Under the pieces are notes generated by a model. The model was not told where the DNA came from, did no database searches, and saw only the letters and a list, made by a program, of their open reading frames with translations. A stretch of 63,811 nucleotides of DNA, filler included, from Bigelowiella natans CCMP2755 (Eukaryota > Protista > Cercozoa): assembly GCA_000320545.1 (NCBI GenBank). It is 10 parts of 10 records of this genome, joined end to end, with 100 filler letters (N's around TTAATTAATTAA, not from the genome) between each part and the next. Parts side by side here need not be neighbours in the genome. Positions count along the whole stretch, not along the records: positions 1 to 6,196 come from ADNK01000305.1; positions 6,297 to 24,507 come from ADNK01001685.1; 8 more parts are not named here. One strand, written 5' to 3'. Of this stretch, positions 1-11,518 are shown in pieces (positions within the stretch are counted from its first letter, which is position 1; the number at the start of each line of letters is the position of its first letter). The position numbers and the translations under genes are program-made.

Positions 1-84
1 CCCCCCCCCCCCCCCCCGCGGCGGCTCTGAATGATGATACGAAAGAAACTAAATCTTCGCCCGAGGATTCGTGTTGTTCCTTAC

Positions 85-309
85 CAAGTCATTCGAGTCC
101 ATCACACGGTCCGTGAACTCTTTCCGGGCGTCCAAGGTCCCACTGTTGATGTGCGAGAATGCACATTTATCAGATAGGAGGATGGATTCGATTCGTTTTC
201 GAGAGATGGTCGCATAATAAGGCATATCACCATCATCTTCATCATCCATTGTCATTATCACATCAATTGGCTGTGTATCTACATATACAAAATATCCATA
301 TATAATATA

Positions 310-346
<37 letters not shown>

Positions 347-1418
347 GTAGTGTGTGTGGTTGAGTGCAGTTCAGCAGGCCTCATTTTGTGAGAAATCCAA
401 CTGAAGATAAAGAGGGTCAAGACCTTTGCTGCAACAACTTGTCCACGAGAGTCGTTTTCCCTGGTAGAAAGAATAGCGGCGTTTAATGTGGTACGTGTAG
501 TACGGGGACCACAAGCAGTAGCAGCGATAAAGCAGTGTGTAAAATCATCCAACAGCAGTCACAATAAACACACTCATGCACGACTTTTGGTGGTTTATTT
601 CAATGCAATGTCGGCCCTTTATCTCCTACCGTGATCGACGTGCGCGATGATAGCGATGTTTCGCAACTAAGTTAAAATGTGTTAGAAAAACAACGTAAAG
701 ATACCGATCAGCAATGAGAATGGAAGGAGTAGAGGGTAGCATACTCCACGAGGAAACACTCTTTTGGTCGCCGACGCAAAGTACCTTCTCGATTGAGTTA
801 TCATCTCCAGCGACGGCTGTAGGAGCTGGTGCGGTAGCAGTTTCGCTGGACCTGACCAAGAAGCTGATCATAGAACAATTATCAGCATAATCGCCATCAA
901 AGCGGTTGGTCAAGGTTACAAAACGCGAAACTACCCACCTTCGAGACTGAGCCTTGTGCTCCACTCCATTATTCCTAAATTCATAGAAATATGTATGCAA
1001 GAGAGATACGTCGGAATTAGAGAAAGATGCTGTAAAGTTGTCTCTCCCCCTCTTTCTCCTTCCCACCTCACCATCACCACCACCAAATCGGGTAGCACAC
1101 ATGCAGAAAGCAAAGTGTGTACGCATTGCAGGTCATCGACAGGCTTGCACACCTTGCGTTCGATGCAATTCGAACATTATGAAGAGATGTTAGAGGCTGC
1201 GAGCGAATGCTGAAAAGGGATTGTTGGGGGGAAGCGACGCGAGCGGTAGCTGTGGCCAGCGATGATGGGCTTGTGTAGAATGTGGGACTGGCCACGATCA
1301 TCATCACTGCCGCCGATGTTGCCGCTAATGCCAGCAACGCCACCGCCGACCCTCTAAGACCAACGTTGGTACGTCTTCCATACGCGGATCGTCTCATCAA
1401 AGGGGCTGAGATCGTCAT
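85..1418 (-). CDS. typA: Plastid-targeted translational GTPase TypA/BipA, 5' part (truncated by window start)
   Basis: GT-AG exons 1418-1153, 974-939, 851-785, 666-630, 460-424 and 142-85 splice in frame to ...[44 protein letters not shown], the TypA/BipA G1 region. Exon 1 encodes a hydrophobic signal (AVALLALAATSAAVMMIVA) followed by a Ser/Thr/Arg-rich transit-like peptide. Confidence 0.93.
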
Positions 1419-2009
1419 GTTGTGTTAGAGAGAGGGGGTGGCTCTCTCTTGGTTCTGGCTTTCGGGACCTGTTTTATTTCGAAAACACCGTTAGTTCTTC
1501 CTTTGAAACTGGTTTTATTCGATGTCGCAGGAGGGAAAACCAACACAATATTCGGATTTCACGATCTAGGGCTTGAGCCGGCCTGGAGTTCGCTTGGGAC
1601 CCCTGTCGCCATAGAACCTTCGTTAATTTTTCCCGGTCAGATGAACGCAACGCATGTCGTTTCTACCATAAAGATCGATCTTCACTTGTCGTAAACGAAA
1701 AAGCGGATAAACCCGCGACTTCATTAGCTTTGTACGTAGCCGGACGCCAGGAAGACACCAGCAGCGGCGCCTTTCGATATTAATTCTTCGGGCCGCTCAA
1801 TCGGTAGTTCGCCGCTAATAATTCGACGATTTTCCCAATTTAGGAACAAAAATGTCCGAGGGACATCTATCACATCTGGCTTTCCCTCGGTGGGCAGTTT
1901 TTTTACGCGGGATTTATCCTAATCATGAGAGTTGCGAGGGGAAAGGAACAGCGGGGTCAGCACACTGGTATCCTCCGTTTGCGTCCGCAAACGGGCTCTC
2001 ACCGCCCCG

Positions 2010-2921
2010 ATGCAGGTCTTGTGGGCGGTGTGCGATGAGGTTTACAAGATCGTCATCAAGACCTGTATCTTCATGGGTCAGCAGCTAGCGGTTCAAATCA
2101 TCGTCGCCGTTGGTGTCGTCGCTGTCATCGGAGCTTATTCTTATTTCCAGAGCTACATGTGGCCATCATCGGTGAAGAAGATTAGGAACCTGGGCCTTTT
2201 GTTTCCTGTGACCCATACACTGAGCCTTATAGAGACCAGGTCAAGTGATTTGAGCGTGATTGATAGAGAAGACGGCGCTGTGTACATCACCGCTCTCCAG
2301 GAGTACCTGTGCGCGGAGATGATGGAAATCTCCTGCAACCATGTAAAAAAACAACTGGATACTAAGGATGGTAGCCCCACAAATCGCCCCCCCTCGCATA
2401 GAGAAATTAGCGTTCAAGATGTGAAGGCGGCCCTGAAAGGGGACGAGGAGCTGAAGGCGGTGTTCCTGGCGAAAGAGAACAAACAAAAGGCTGGAGCGAA
2501 CGCACCGCAGCTATCTCCGGCAATGAAGACGGCGGCAGAGCGCGTATTTCTGAAATTTTCAAAAATCTCATCGCCGCCAGGGGTGATAACCTTATCCCAC
2601 GAGGCTCGGGATCTCATTCTGATGGCTATCGTCAAAACCACGTGGGAAATATGGAATTCCGCTATAACACCACTCAAGGGTGACCTTGGTCTCACAATTA
2701 GTTTACAGAATGCTCTGAGACGTGTTTTGGGACAAGTTGCTAAAGGGGAAGAGGCTAACATTGATCTGTGCAAGCCCTTAGGCCAGTATGCCGTTGCTGA
2801 ATGCACTAAGAGGTACGTCACATGGATAGCAAATAAAAGGCGTGTGCTCATTCCGAATGAGAAGCTAGAGATGGTTCTCTGGGGATGTGGGCTACTTGAA
2901 GACGAAAAGTTTGACGAATAG
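2010..2921 (+). CDS. Intronless divergent histone-fold doublet (H2A-like then H2B-like) with N-terminal hydrophobic helix
   Basis: ORF 1932-2921, first ATG at 2010. GLLFPV...[22 protein letters not shown]...[22 protein letters not shown] aligns with H2A GLQFPV...[23 protein letters not shown]...[31 protein letters not shown]...[16 protein letters not shown] aligns with H2B IQTAVRLLLPG...LAKHAVSEGTKAVTKY. Hydrophobic stretch [21 protein letters not shown]. Confidence 0.8.
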   Translation: [303 protein letters not shown]

Positions 2922-3725
2922 CACTTAAATAGGAATGGAGAGTCGCTACCCATGTTGTTGTCATCGTTGTCGTTACGTAACTACAACGTACAGCATGTCA
3001 GCCAGCGCCGGCGTGGCGAGGCAAATTCCGCAACAGGCGCGTATATGTGTATAGCGGACGTAATGAATGAATGAATGAATAACTAGCCATGTTTATATAC
3101 ACACAGACACGTATGTATGAGACAGACGTAATGATGTAATTAAATATTTTCAATTGCCATCCTAATGTAACTGTATCATCTGTGCAAAGCAGCGACTAAC
3201 AGATAATGTGGCAAGCGTACATCCACGTGATCTTCATATGAAGGCTGTCTGTATAATAATAGTTATACGCATATATGACGTATATAGTATACACATATGA
3301 TCGCGTGCTTATGCAGCACCACCGAAACCATAGTAGTGCACTCATAACCAAAACGCGACATACATGCATATGAACTGCATGTGAAGTGTTCGTATATTCT
3401 AGGTACCGCGCGTCACGCGCGCTCGCACCTTGCCTAGCTTGTATTGCATGTTGTGTGCGTTAAGAACTCATCTCCTAACTAACTGCCGGCGCAATTACAG
3501 CAGCTGCATGCTATGACGAAGGCCAGAAACGAATCATTATCAAACTGCGCCATGCCCTCCTCTCACTACTTTAATGATTGGCTTCTATATTCTAAGGTGA
3601 GCCAGATAGTAATTAGCACCGCCGATTAGTGCTACCTGCCGCACATTAATTACTGCCCTCTCCCCTCATACCCCATTAGTTTCTCCTGATATCCGACAGA
3701 GCTGTCCGTAGTTGTTCCATCAGCA

Positions 3726-4056
3726 CTAGGTTGTAGGGTCAGGCATCCACATCTCCGCCCCGTTTGCCTCCTCATCGAATCCGTGCAAACCACGGCGTTT
3801 TTCATACTTTTTCAGCAGTCGCTGAAGCAAGCTGCTCCCGTAGCTCGGGCCCTCGGTGGGGGGAGATGAAGAAGGTCTATTTTGACTGCGACCGCTGCTG
3901 TTTCTCCGCGTATTGTTTCCAACGGATCGGTCAGTAGCGGCCATTCCTCCTCTGGGTGGTGATGAAGACGCCCCCCCTCCAGTTTTGATGTATTTCACTC
4001 TCAGAAGTAGCCCTGATTCAGGAGGTCGAGGGGACACACGCACAAACAAACACAAA

Positions 4057-4092
<36 letters not shown>

Positions 4093-4431
4093 TCACAACA
4101 ACAGCAGCAACAACGTCCTTTATAAAATAGGGTATCCTAATATCTACCACTACTAATACGCCACTACTACTACTACTACTACTACTACCACTACTACAAA
4201 TGCGGTTAATTCATTTCGAGGCCCTGTCGAGATACTTCTTCCTCCTATTCTTCTCCTAACACCGCGGCAAGTGATCTTGTTTCCTACTACTACTCGTTTA
4301 TCACCTAACGACTTGGTAGTCTTTACACGGTGTCTCGCCAGCCATCGTGAATGATCCTTCATCACATAGAAAGAGCCCGGGGTGTGCGCGAACGAAACAA
4401 CGCGGCCGGCTGCTTTGCCTTACATCAAGGA

Positions 4432-4475
<44 letters not shown>

Positions 4476-5555
4476 GTTATTATATAGAGTAAAGCAGAAG
4501 TTCATGGCACTGGGAAACGGAAGGAGGTAATGGCCCTGCGACATGGCTTTGCGTGCAGGAAAACTTGAAAAGACAGACAACGAGCACTGCTAGTACCGTT
4601 CAGGGACACGTGGTCAAACAAGAGGTCGATATTCTTCGTTTCACCGGCAATATGAAGGCTGCCAATGGCCTGCAAAGGGAAAATGTGCATTGGGGGCAAA
4701 AGAGCCTCAGAGGCGCGTCTCTTTGCAAAACCGATTTGGCGAGAGCCACCAGCATATTTCTCTCTTCGCTAGTAAATGCCGTGGCCCTTCCGACTAGCAC
4801 ATCATCTCACTCAAACCTCTCCCAAGCACGACGTATCCTGGTGTAATGGGATTCCTGGCGTGCGATTTTTCGCAGGCCTGTCGTATCTGGTGGAAGGGGG
4901 GGGGGGGGGGGGCCGGGGGGGGGGAGGCATTATCTCCACTACATCACTGCCGCAGATTGCACCATACAACACGCTGGGGTGTCCTCCTTTGGAGTCGATT
5001 CCCGTGCGTTATCAGCATGTGAAGGCTCACTTCCGCACACACTTCACGCACACACTTCACGCACACGTACCCATAATCAAGGACGGTGAAGGCGAGCAGC
5101 CTTGCGCGGTACTCCGTCAGCCTGCGGGGATTGCCCCCCCCCCCCAGCTTCCCTTCCACATCACTATCTTCCTCCTCCCGCTTGATTCGAGACGGTATCA
5201 AATTCAGATCGCTGACACGCTGAGCTACCTGGGTGAGGAAACGAAAACGATGAGGTCGTGATCACACCTATCATCAACGACGAATTCGCTAACACATCAG
5301 AGAACATCTATCTCGCAATGGAATCCCTCCCACGCGCACGAAGACTTTGGTGCAATCGATGTCGTTGCGCTGTCCTCCTTGTAATATCTACTCCTGCAAT
5401 TGAGACAACGCCTCTCTCGGGCGTCTTAAGGATAATATACACACCTGCATAAGTACTTTCCATTGGCGCTCAGACGCTCTCGCAGCAGGCTGCCGGCAAT
5501 GGATGCAGTAGTCCTGAGGTAGTAGTTTGGAGAAGTTGGTGGAGAGCATGATATA

Positions 5556-5593
<38 letters not shown>

Positions 5594-6003
5594 GGAGCAT
5601 CAGGGGGTGTTAGAAACAACGAAGAAGATCATAAACCCCCCACCCTCGGCGCTACCACGATGATATCGCAGAGAGACACAAACAGAGACAGTGGCAAACA
5701 TACAATGCTGCTAGCGGAGCGGCGACTATCGTCGCTGCCGCCGTGTGCCCCCCCCCCAAAACCCTAAGGAATCAATAATCCATCATTTTTAAAGCAAGCG
5801 ACTACGACCTGGGAAGATACGCGATTGCAATAACGCAAGGACAAAACGTCCTTCGTGGGCCGCTGAAACCCCCTCGTGCGGGGCACATCTCCAATCAAGG
5901 AGGACGGACTTGTCCCCCCCCCGCCCCCCCCTCCCCGTGCTGCTGCGGCGGCGCAGCGCGAAGGCGTGGTGGCGTTGGCGGTCTGCAGCCATCGGTCGGG
6001 CAT
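3726..6003 (-). CDS. AlkB-like 2OG-Fe(II) dioxygenase (multi-exon; 5' end uncertain)
   Basis: Spliced exons at about 4990-4310 read WCNLRQYDRPAKNRTPGIPLHQDTSCLGEAIGSLHIAG...SFAHTPGSFYVMKDHSRWLARHRV. This is an HxD...H iron-binding triad in an ALKBH-type context. Terminal exon about 4010-3726. Exons upstream of about 5260 are not resolved. Confidence 0.65.
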
Positions 6004-6196
6004 TACAGGGTCACGATTCCCGAGCGGAGATCTACAACCAATCCGTATAAAGAAAGAATATATATATATATATATATATGTTTATATAACGTGAATACGG
6101 GTATACTTGGGAACAGCAGGGCGTTTTTCGTCTGCAGAACAAGTGCTCTTTGGCAATGGGGAGTGTGTTTGAAATATTTCAGTATTACCACTGGTG

Positions 6197-6296
6197 NNNN
6201 NNNNNNNNNNNNNNNNNNNNNNNNNNNNNNNNNNNNNNNNTTAATTAATTAANNNNNNNNNNNNNNNNNNNNNNNNNNNNNNNNNNNNNNNNNNNN
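6197..6296. other. Artificial contig linker
   Basis: 44 N + TTAATTAATTAA (stops in all six frames) + 44 N. Confidence 0.99.
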
Positions 6297-6791
6297 CGCG
6301 CGCCGCGGTTGCGCTGCTACGATATCGACGCGCTCGCCGATCAAAAAACGCGTATCGTGCCTTGGCGCTGCTGCCTGGCCCTCCCCCCCACAATGACAAC
6401 GATTAATACAGGTGCGATCTAGGCCTAACGGGGGGGGCGACCTCCAAAGGGTACGATAACGAAGTAGCCAGTTATATACAGACAAAGATTTTATTAGATC
6501 TAGGGAAGGTGGCTTTTTCATGCAGCGCTCAGCTTGCAATACCTAACGCAGCTGTGGTGTGATAAGAAATCTCTTCTGCGTGCCGCGAGACATTGGGACC
6601 GGGTTTCCCGGGCTGTATGTTCGCCTTAGCATAGGTCTCGTCTTATGCAGGGAAAGATGTTGTAGGTTTTCGCCGTCCTTGAGGGCGGAGGCCGGCCCTC
6701 CACCCGTAGTTCTGACTTGTTTTGGGGGGGGATTTGGTTGTGCCTCTCGCATTGAGAGGACCTGTATTGAGGCGTCTATGCATTCGTGTAA

Positions 6792-6840
<49 letters not shown>

Positions 6841-7099
6841 CGCATGCGTATACGCGCGCGTACAGGTCCTCTCACTGGGAGAGGGACACACACATCCCCC
6901 CCCAAAAAAAGTGAGAGATAGGGGGGGGGGGGGGGGGCCCGCGCTCGCGGACGGCGAAAACCAACACAATATTTATCTGTGTATGACGAGAGACATGCGA
7001 AGGGGCGCACACAGAGAGAGAGACACTCGAGTTTTTGTGGGGAGGGGGAGATACTAGATCTATAGCGAGCGAGCGCGCAACTAAACTCTATGACTATAT

Positions 7100-8400
7100 C
7101 ACTCGTGAAAGTATATAGAACTAAACTTCATCATTGCTAGATTGCGTGACACAGACACAACGCACTATGCTAAGCACGATGTGTGAACTCTAGAACTGGT
7201 TAGAAGAAGGCGACGATTATTTTGGAAACACGCACATCATTGTGGGCGCGGTTGAGGATGCTATGGGCACAGATGATCGATTCATGCGCGGAATGCGTTG
7301 TGTCTAGCTAGCTGCGCATATTGCCCATTCCATCGCAGCGTAGGCTAGCTAGCTAGCTAGCAAGGAAGCCATGCTAGCATGCGCTAGCAGTGTGAGGCCA
7401 TGCCAGCATGAGATGTTGATTGTTGGACTAATGCTGCTCGTCATCTTGCTGTCTCGATGCGGTAGTGGTAGCTCCGAGCAAGCATTGTGTATGCATGCCA
7501 GTTAGCCAGCAGCCAGCCAGCTAGCCATGCAGGTCAACACAGTGCACGCGATTCAGCGTTGCTGTCACAACTCGTCTACAGCTCGATCAATGCAAACCCG
7601 GTGACACTTTGCTGCAGCGCGCAAAAGGCGGGTTGTGTTGCTTCACATTTGTGAGTGTGACCACAGAACACATCTGTAGTGGCTAGCTTGGCCGAGCGTC
7701 AATATGCAAATTTTGACCGAGAAACGAGACCAAAAACGTGTCATTTTCGAAGGCCAAAAACGCTGTTTTTGCGAAAAATGTGAGAAGTTTGGTGAGAGTT
7801 GCAACCAATGTGCAGCGCTGCAGCAGTATTTTGAGTGCGCAAGCGCGTGCGCACACGCCAACTACATGCACACGAAAAATCCCAGCTGTGTGCGCACGTG
7901 TCTCACTTTCTCACTGGACACTGCTAGACTGCCCGCTGAAGCTTCAAATCGCTTTCAAAAGCTCGCGCGCTTGCTCAAGCACAAAACTTGTTGTAGGTTT
8001 GACCGAGCTGTGCTGGTGCTTGTCGTTGACAACAACTGGCTGTCCGCTCCTCGCACATGCAATGATGTTGTCACGTGTGCAACAAGCTCCAGCTGCCTGT
8101 GGCGGCCAGAGAGTGAACAAATGAGCTGATCACGACTAGCTAGGTGTCACGTGATTCATCATGGGAACGGCTGCACAGGGCAACTCATGAATGCAGCTCC
8201 AGTGCTTGAATCCAAAGGATCATCGGACAAGCGTGCCCCCTCACCAGCGTCCTCCCCAATCATCACTGCGAGGCTGAAAACGGCAGAACCACGATGATGG
8301 TCAGACACGCGTGCAACCATCCTTCTCACACTATGCATCCAGAACATCCCATAGCGTTGCAAAATAGCGACTGGCACATTTTCTTGTCGCTCGCAAAGAA
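7100..8400. repeat. TpA-depleted degenerate intergenic block (probable repeat remnant)
   Basis: Only about 13 TA in 7561-8400, 11 of them in CTA or TAG context; TG/CA-rich; core motif 7714-7755 resembles 13517-13554. Confidence 0.6.
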
Positions 8401-8725
8401 TCCCCAACCGACAATCGAATGCTCGAATCTGGCAACGACGCATTCACATACTCCTTACAAAAAAAAAAAAGGGGAAAACCGGGAAGTAGGCTATTCTTGT
8501 GAAAATGACATGTGTTTTTCATCTGCGACAAGACTTTTATCATCTGTTTCCAGTTCATGTTACCCGGCGCCTCAACACCCGAAAAGTCTTTTCCTTCCTT
8601 TTCTTTCAATCTCCTTCCGGAGGGGGTGCGTGGCGGCGGGGGGCTTGGTCGGGGATTAATGACGCGTTGAACGATGAACGATCGTATTTATTGATAACCT
8701 ACAGGCCATCTTAGCGAACTGAGGG

Positions 8726-9477
8726 ATGGGCTGTTGCGGTTTGTGCTGTGCGCTTTGCTGCTGCGGAGCGATTTGCGACAAGGCCAATGTCAAGACAGAG
8801 TACGCTCGCGTGCCATACGCGGGGGTAAGTGTTGTTTAGGAAGGACGGAATCATTGCCGATAGCCCGTGGTCCTTACGAATATATATATCTGTTCTCAGT
8901 TGTTTTTCCTATCAATCCTCCTAGCAGTCATTCTCCGGAACAACCAAACCAGCTTCGGGGTACACAGCTTCACTCGCACAAACGTGATTGCATGTGCTCT
9001 GATCTTTCCTCCGCAATCGCTCACCCACTAACTCACTCACGTCTCCTCGCCATCGTTTATCTTCCTCTTCTTATTCTTCCTTACCCCTCCCGGACGGCAA
9101 GTTCGCGTTGTTCGGCGATATTGAGCTAGAGGCGTGTGGGAGCGACTGCCAATCTGACCAGGCAGTCTTTCGCGTGTGCCTAGCGATGACGTTGTTCTTT
9201 GCGGCAAACTTCCTGGCCGTCGTCGCCCTTCCCGCCAGCGCTGCTGTAGACTTTCATTCCGGGTAATACTATGCAATGTGTAAGAGGCGGTGAGGCAGTG
9301 CAGTCGCAGCCGTTGCGAAAGCGTGGAGGTTTTGACCTAATTCTACCAAGGTTGAAAGAGTAAGTTCTCTCTGCTTTATGGTGTGCTGCTCTTTTCGCTG
9401 CTTTCAAGGTACTTTGGGTGGAAATTTTTGGTATTCATTCCATTGCTCGTGGGGATGTTCTTTATCGAACAGGACCG

Positions 9478-9510
<33 letters not shown>

Positions 9511-11348
9511 ATAGTAGTAGTAGTGAGTCTAAAGAAGAGGAAGAGCAGGAGAGGAAGCGGTTAATTAATAATTTCCTAAGAGAAAGTTTTGCCCGGCCTT
9601 GTTGTTCCATTCTTCCCCTATTTCGGCTATGAACGCCCCACAACCCACACGCTAAAAGAGTATGTCTACAATAATTATGCAGAGCATATCATAATCAGCG
9701 TATATATATATACATACATATACACCTTAGCATGGACGAATTCGCCATGGCGGCTCGCGTATTCTCCATCCTCTTCCTCGTTATTCAAGCCGTTGCTCTC
9801 ATCGATACGGCCTACCGTGTTCACTATTGGATGGTAAACCACCACCCACAAATGACGGCAAGACAATCAGTAGGAGGAGGAGGCAACGCACATCCCCTCA
9901 CCCCTCTCTTCCCCTCCTGCCCCCTTCCCTTCCCCTCACTTTTTATCCTCTGTCCTCCCGACGCGTTCCCCGGGGCACAGGTCGATAAGGAGCAAGCTGG
10001 GTGGGATATAGCCAACTTGTCTGTCAGCACGGCGCTCTACGTGGCCAGCATCATCTCCATCGGCTTCATGTTCTCATGGTTTACAGGTCCTGGTGCTAGT
10101 GCTGCTGCACAGAGAGGGCGGGTTGCTGCCATCGAACGGAGGAGGAGAAAGGGGGGAGGGGGCAATACGCAAAACAGTTCGCCGTAGGCAGCACTGTCAT
10201 CATATCTCTCTTGAATGTGAGCATCCCTTGAATATTTACTGCTCTCTTCCCTCTTCCTCCCCCCCCCCCCCCCCCCCCCAGTCTACTCTATTTTCTGATC
10301 TCTTGTCCGTTCCTACCCTCCCCTGGATCTACTGTTGATATGTGCAGAGGGGGGGCCTTGTCATGTGCAGAAGTTTATACTGAGTACTGTTCTATTGATC
10401 CCTATCTTCTACACGGTAGTAGCTGTAGTGGTAGTCGTAGTAGTCGTGGTATCACCATGTATGCAGGAGGAGGCGTGCATGGACGTGTGTACGTAAGTAA
10501 GAAAGTTAGTAAGTAAGGTGTGTATATAGCATTGATGAGAAAGACGAGGCAGAGGAACAAAAAAAAAGCAACACCCTTACATTCTCGAAATTCAAGCAAA
10601 TATGCTTCATCCCCCGGCGCATCCCCTCTTCCCCCCCTTGCGTTCATCCATCCGGCCAGGCCTTTGCCATAACAAGTGTGGTAGAGCATGGCTCTTTGTT
10701 CGTATCCGCCACGATCACGGCCTATGGGGTGTACGTCACCTTCGGAGCCCTGTCCAGCGATCCATCCGAGACTTGCAACTCCTTCATTGATTCGGTGAGT
10801 TGGGCGCACTAATCGTGGTAGCGCGCTAATCGCAGTGGAAATAGTAGTAGTAGTAGTAGTAGTAGTAGTAGGAACAATAGTAGTAGTAGTAGTAGTAGTA
10901 GTAGTAGGAGTAGTAATAGTGGTAGCAGTGATATAGTGCACTAGCAGCAGCAATGACATGTGTCGTTTGTCTTCTTTTTGCTGTCACTACACCGGGGCTT
11001 CGGCGGCTGTGCATCTACTGGTACTCGCTCCTCGCGAACATAACGGGCTGTCCGGCGTCGTTTCTTCTGGGGAAAAAAAAATGGGTTTCCTCCCGATTGC
11101 TTTGGCTCCGTGGTGGGCATGGCGGCGGCGGCTGTGGCGGCGGTGGTTGTGTTGGTTTTGGTTTTTTAAGTCGAGGTCCGCAGATACTTGGGAGATTGTG
11201 CTCGGCATTGCGTTTGTTGCGATTAGTATAACCTACATTGCCTACAACATGGTAAAGAACAGCTGTTTGTAGTAGTAGTAGTAGTAGTAGTAGTAGCAGC
11301 AGTAGTAGTGGGAATAGTAATGAATGTCGCTTTCTCTCTTTCGTTCTC

Positions 11349-11391
<43 letters not shown>

Positions 11392-11482
11392 TTCTCCCCT
11401 CCCACCATCAATCCATCTATTCTGGTGCTCCTTCATTGTTTGTCGGTTGTCACTTGTTACTATCAGCATGAGCATCATCATC

Positions 11483-11518
<36 letters not shown>

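Noticed and set aside
6197-6296. Recurring TTAATTAATTAA motif between N runs (nine copies)
   Set aside because: Identical 44+12+44 structure with stops in all six frames; an artificial concatenation linker, so no gene-neighbourhood argument can cross it.
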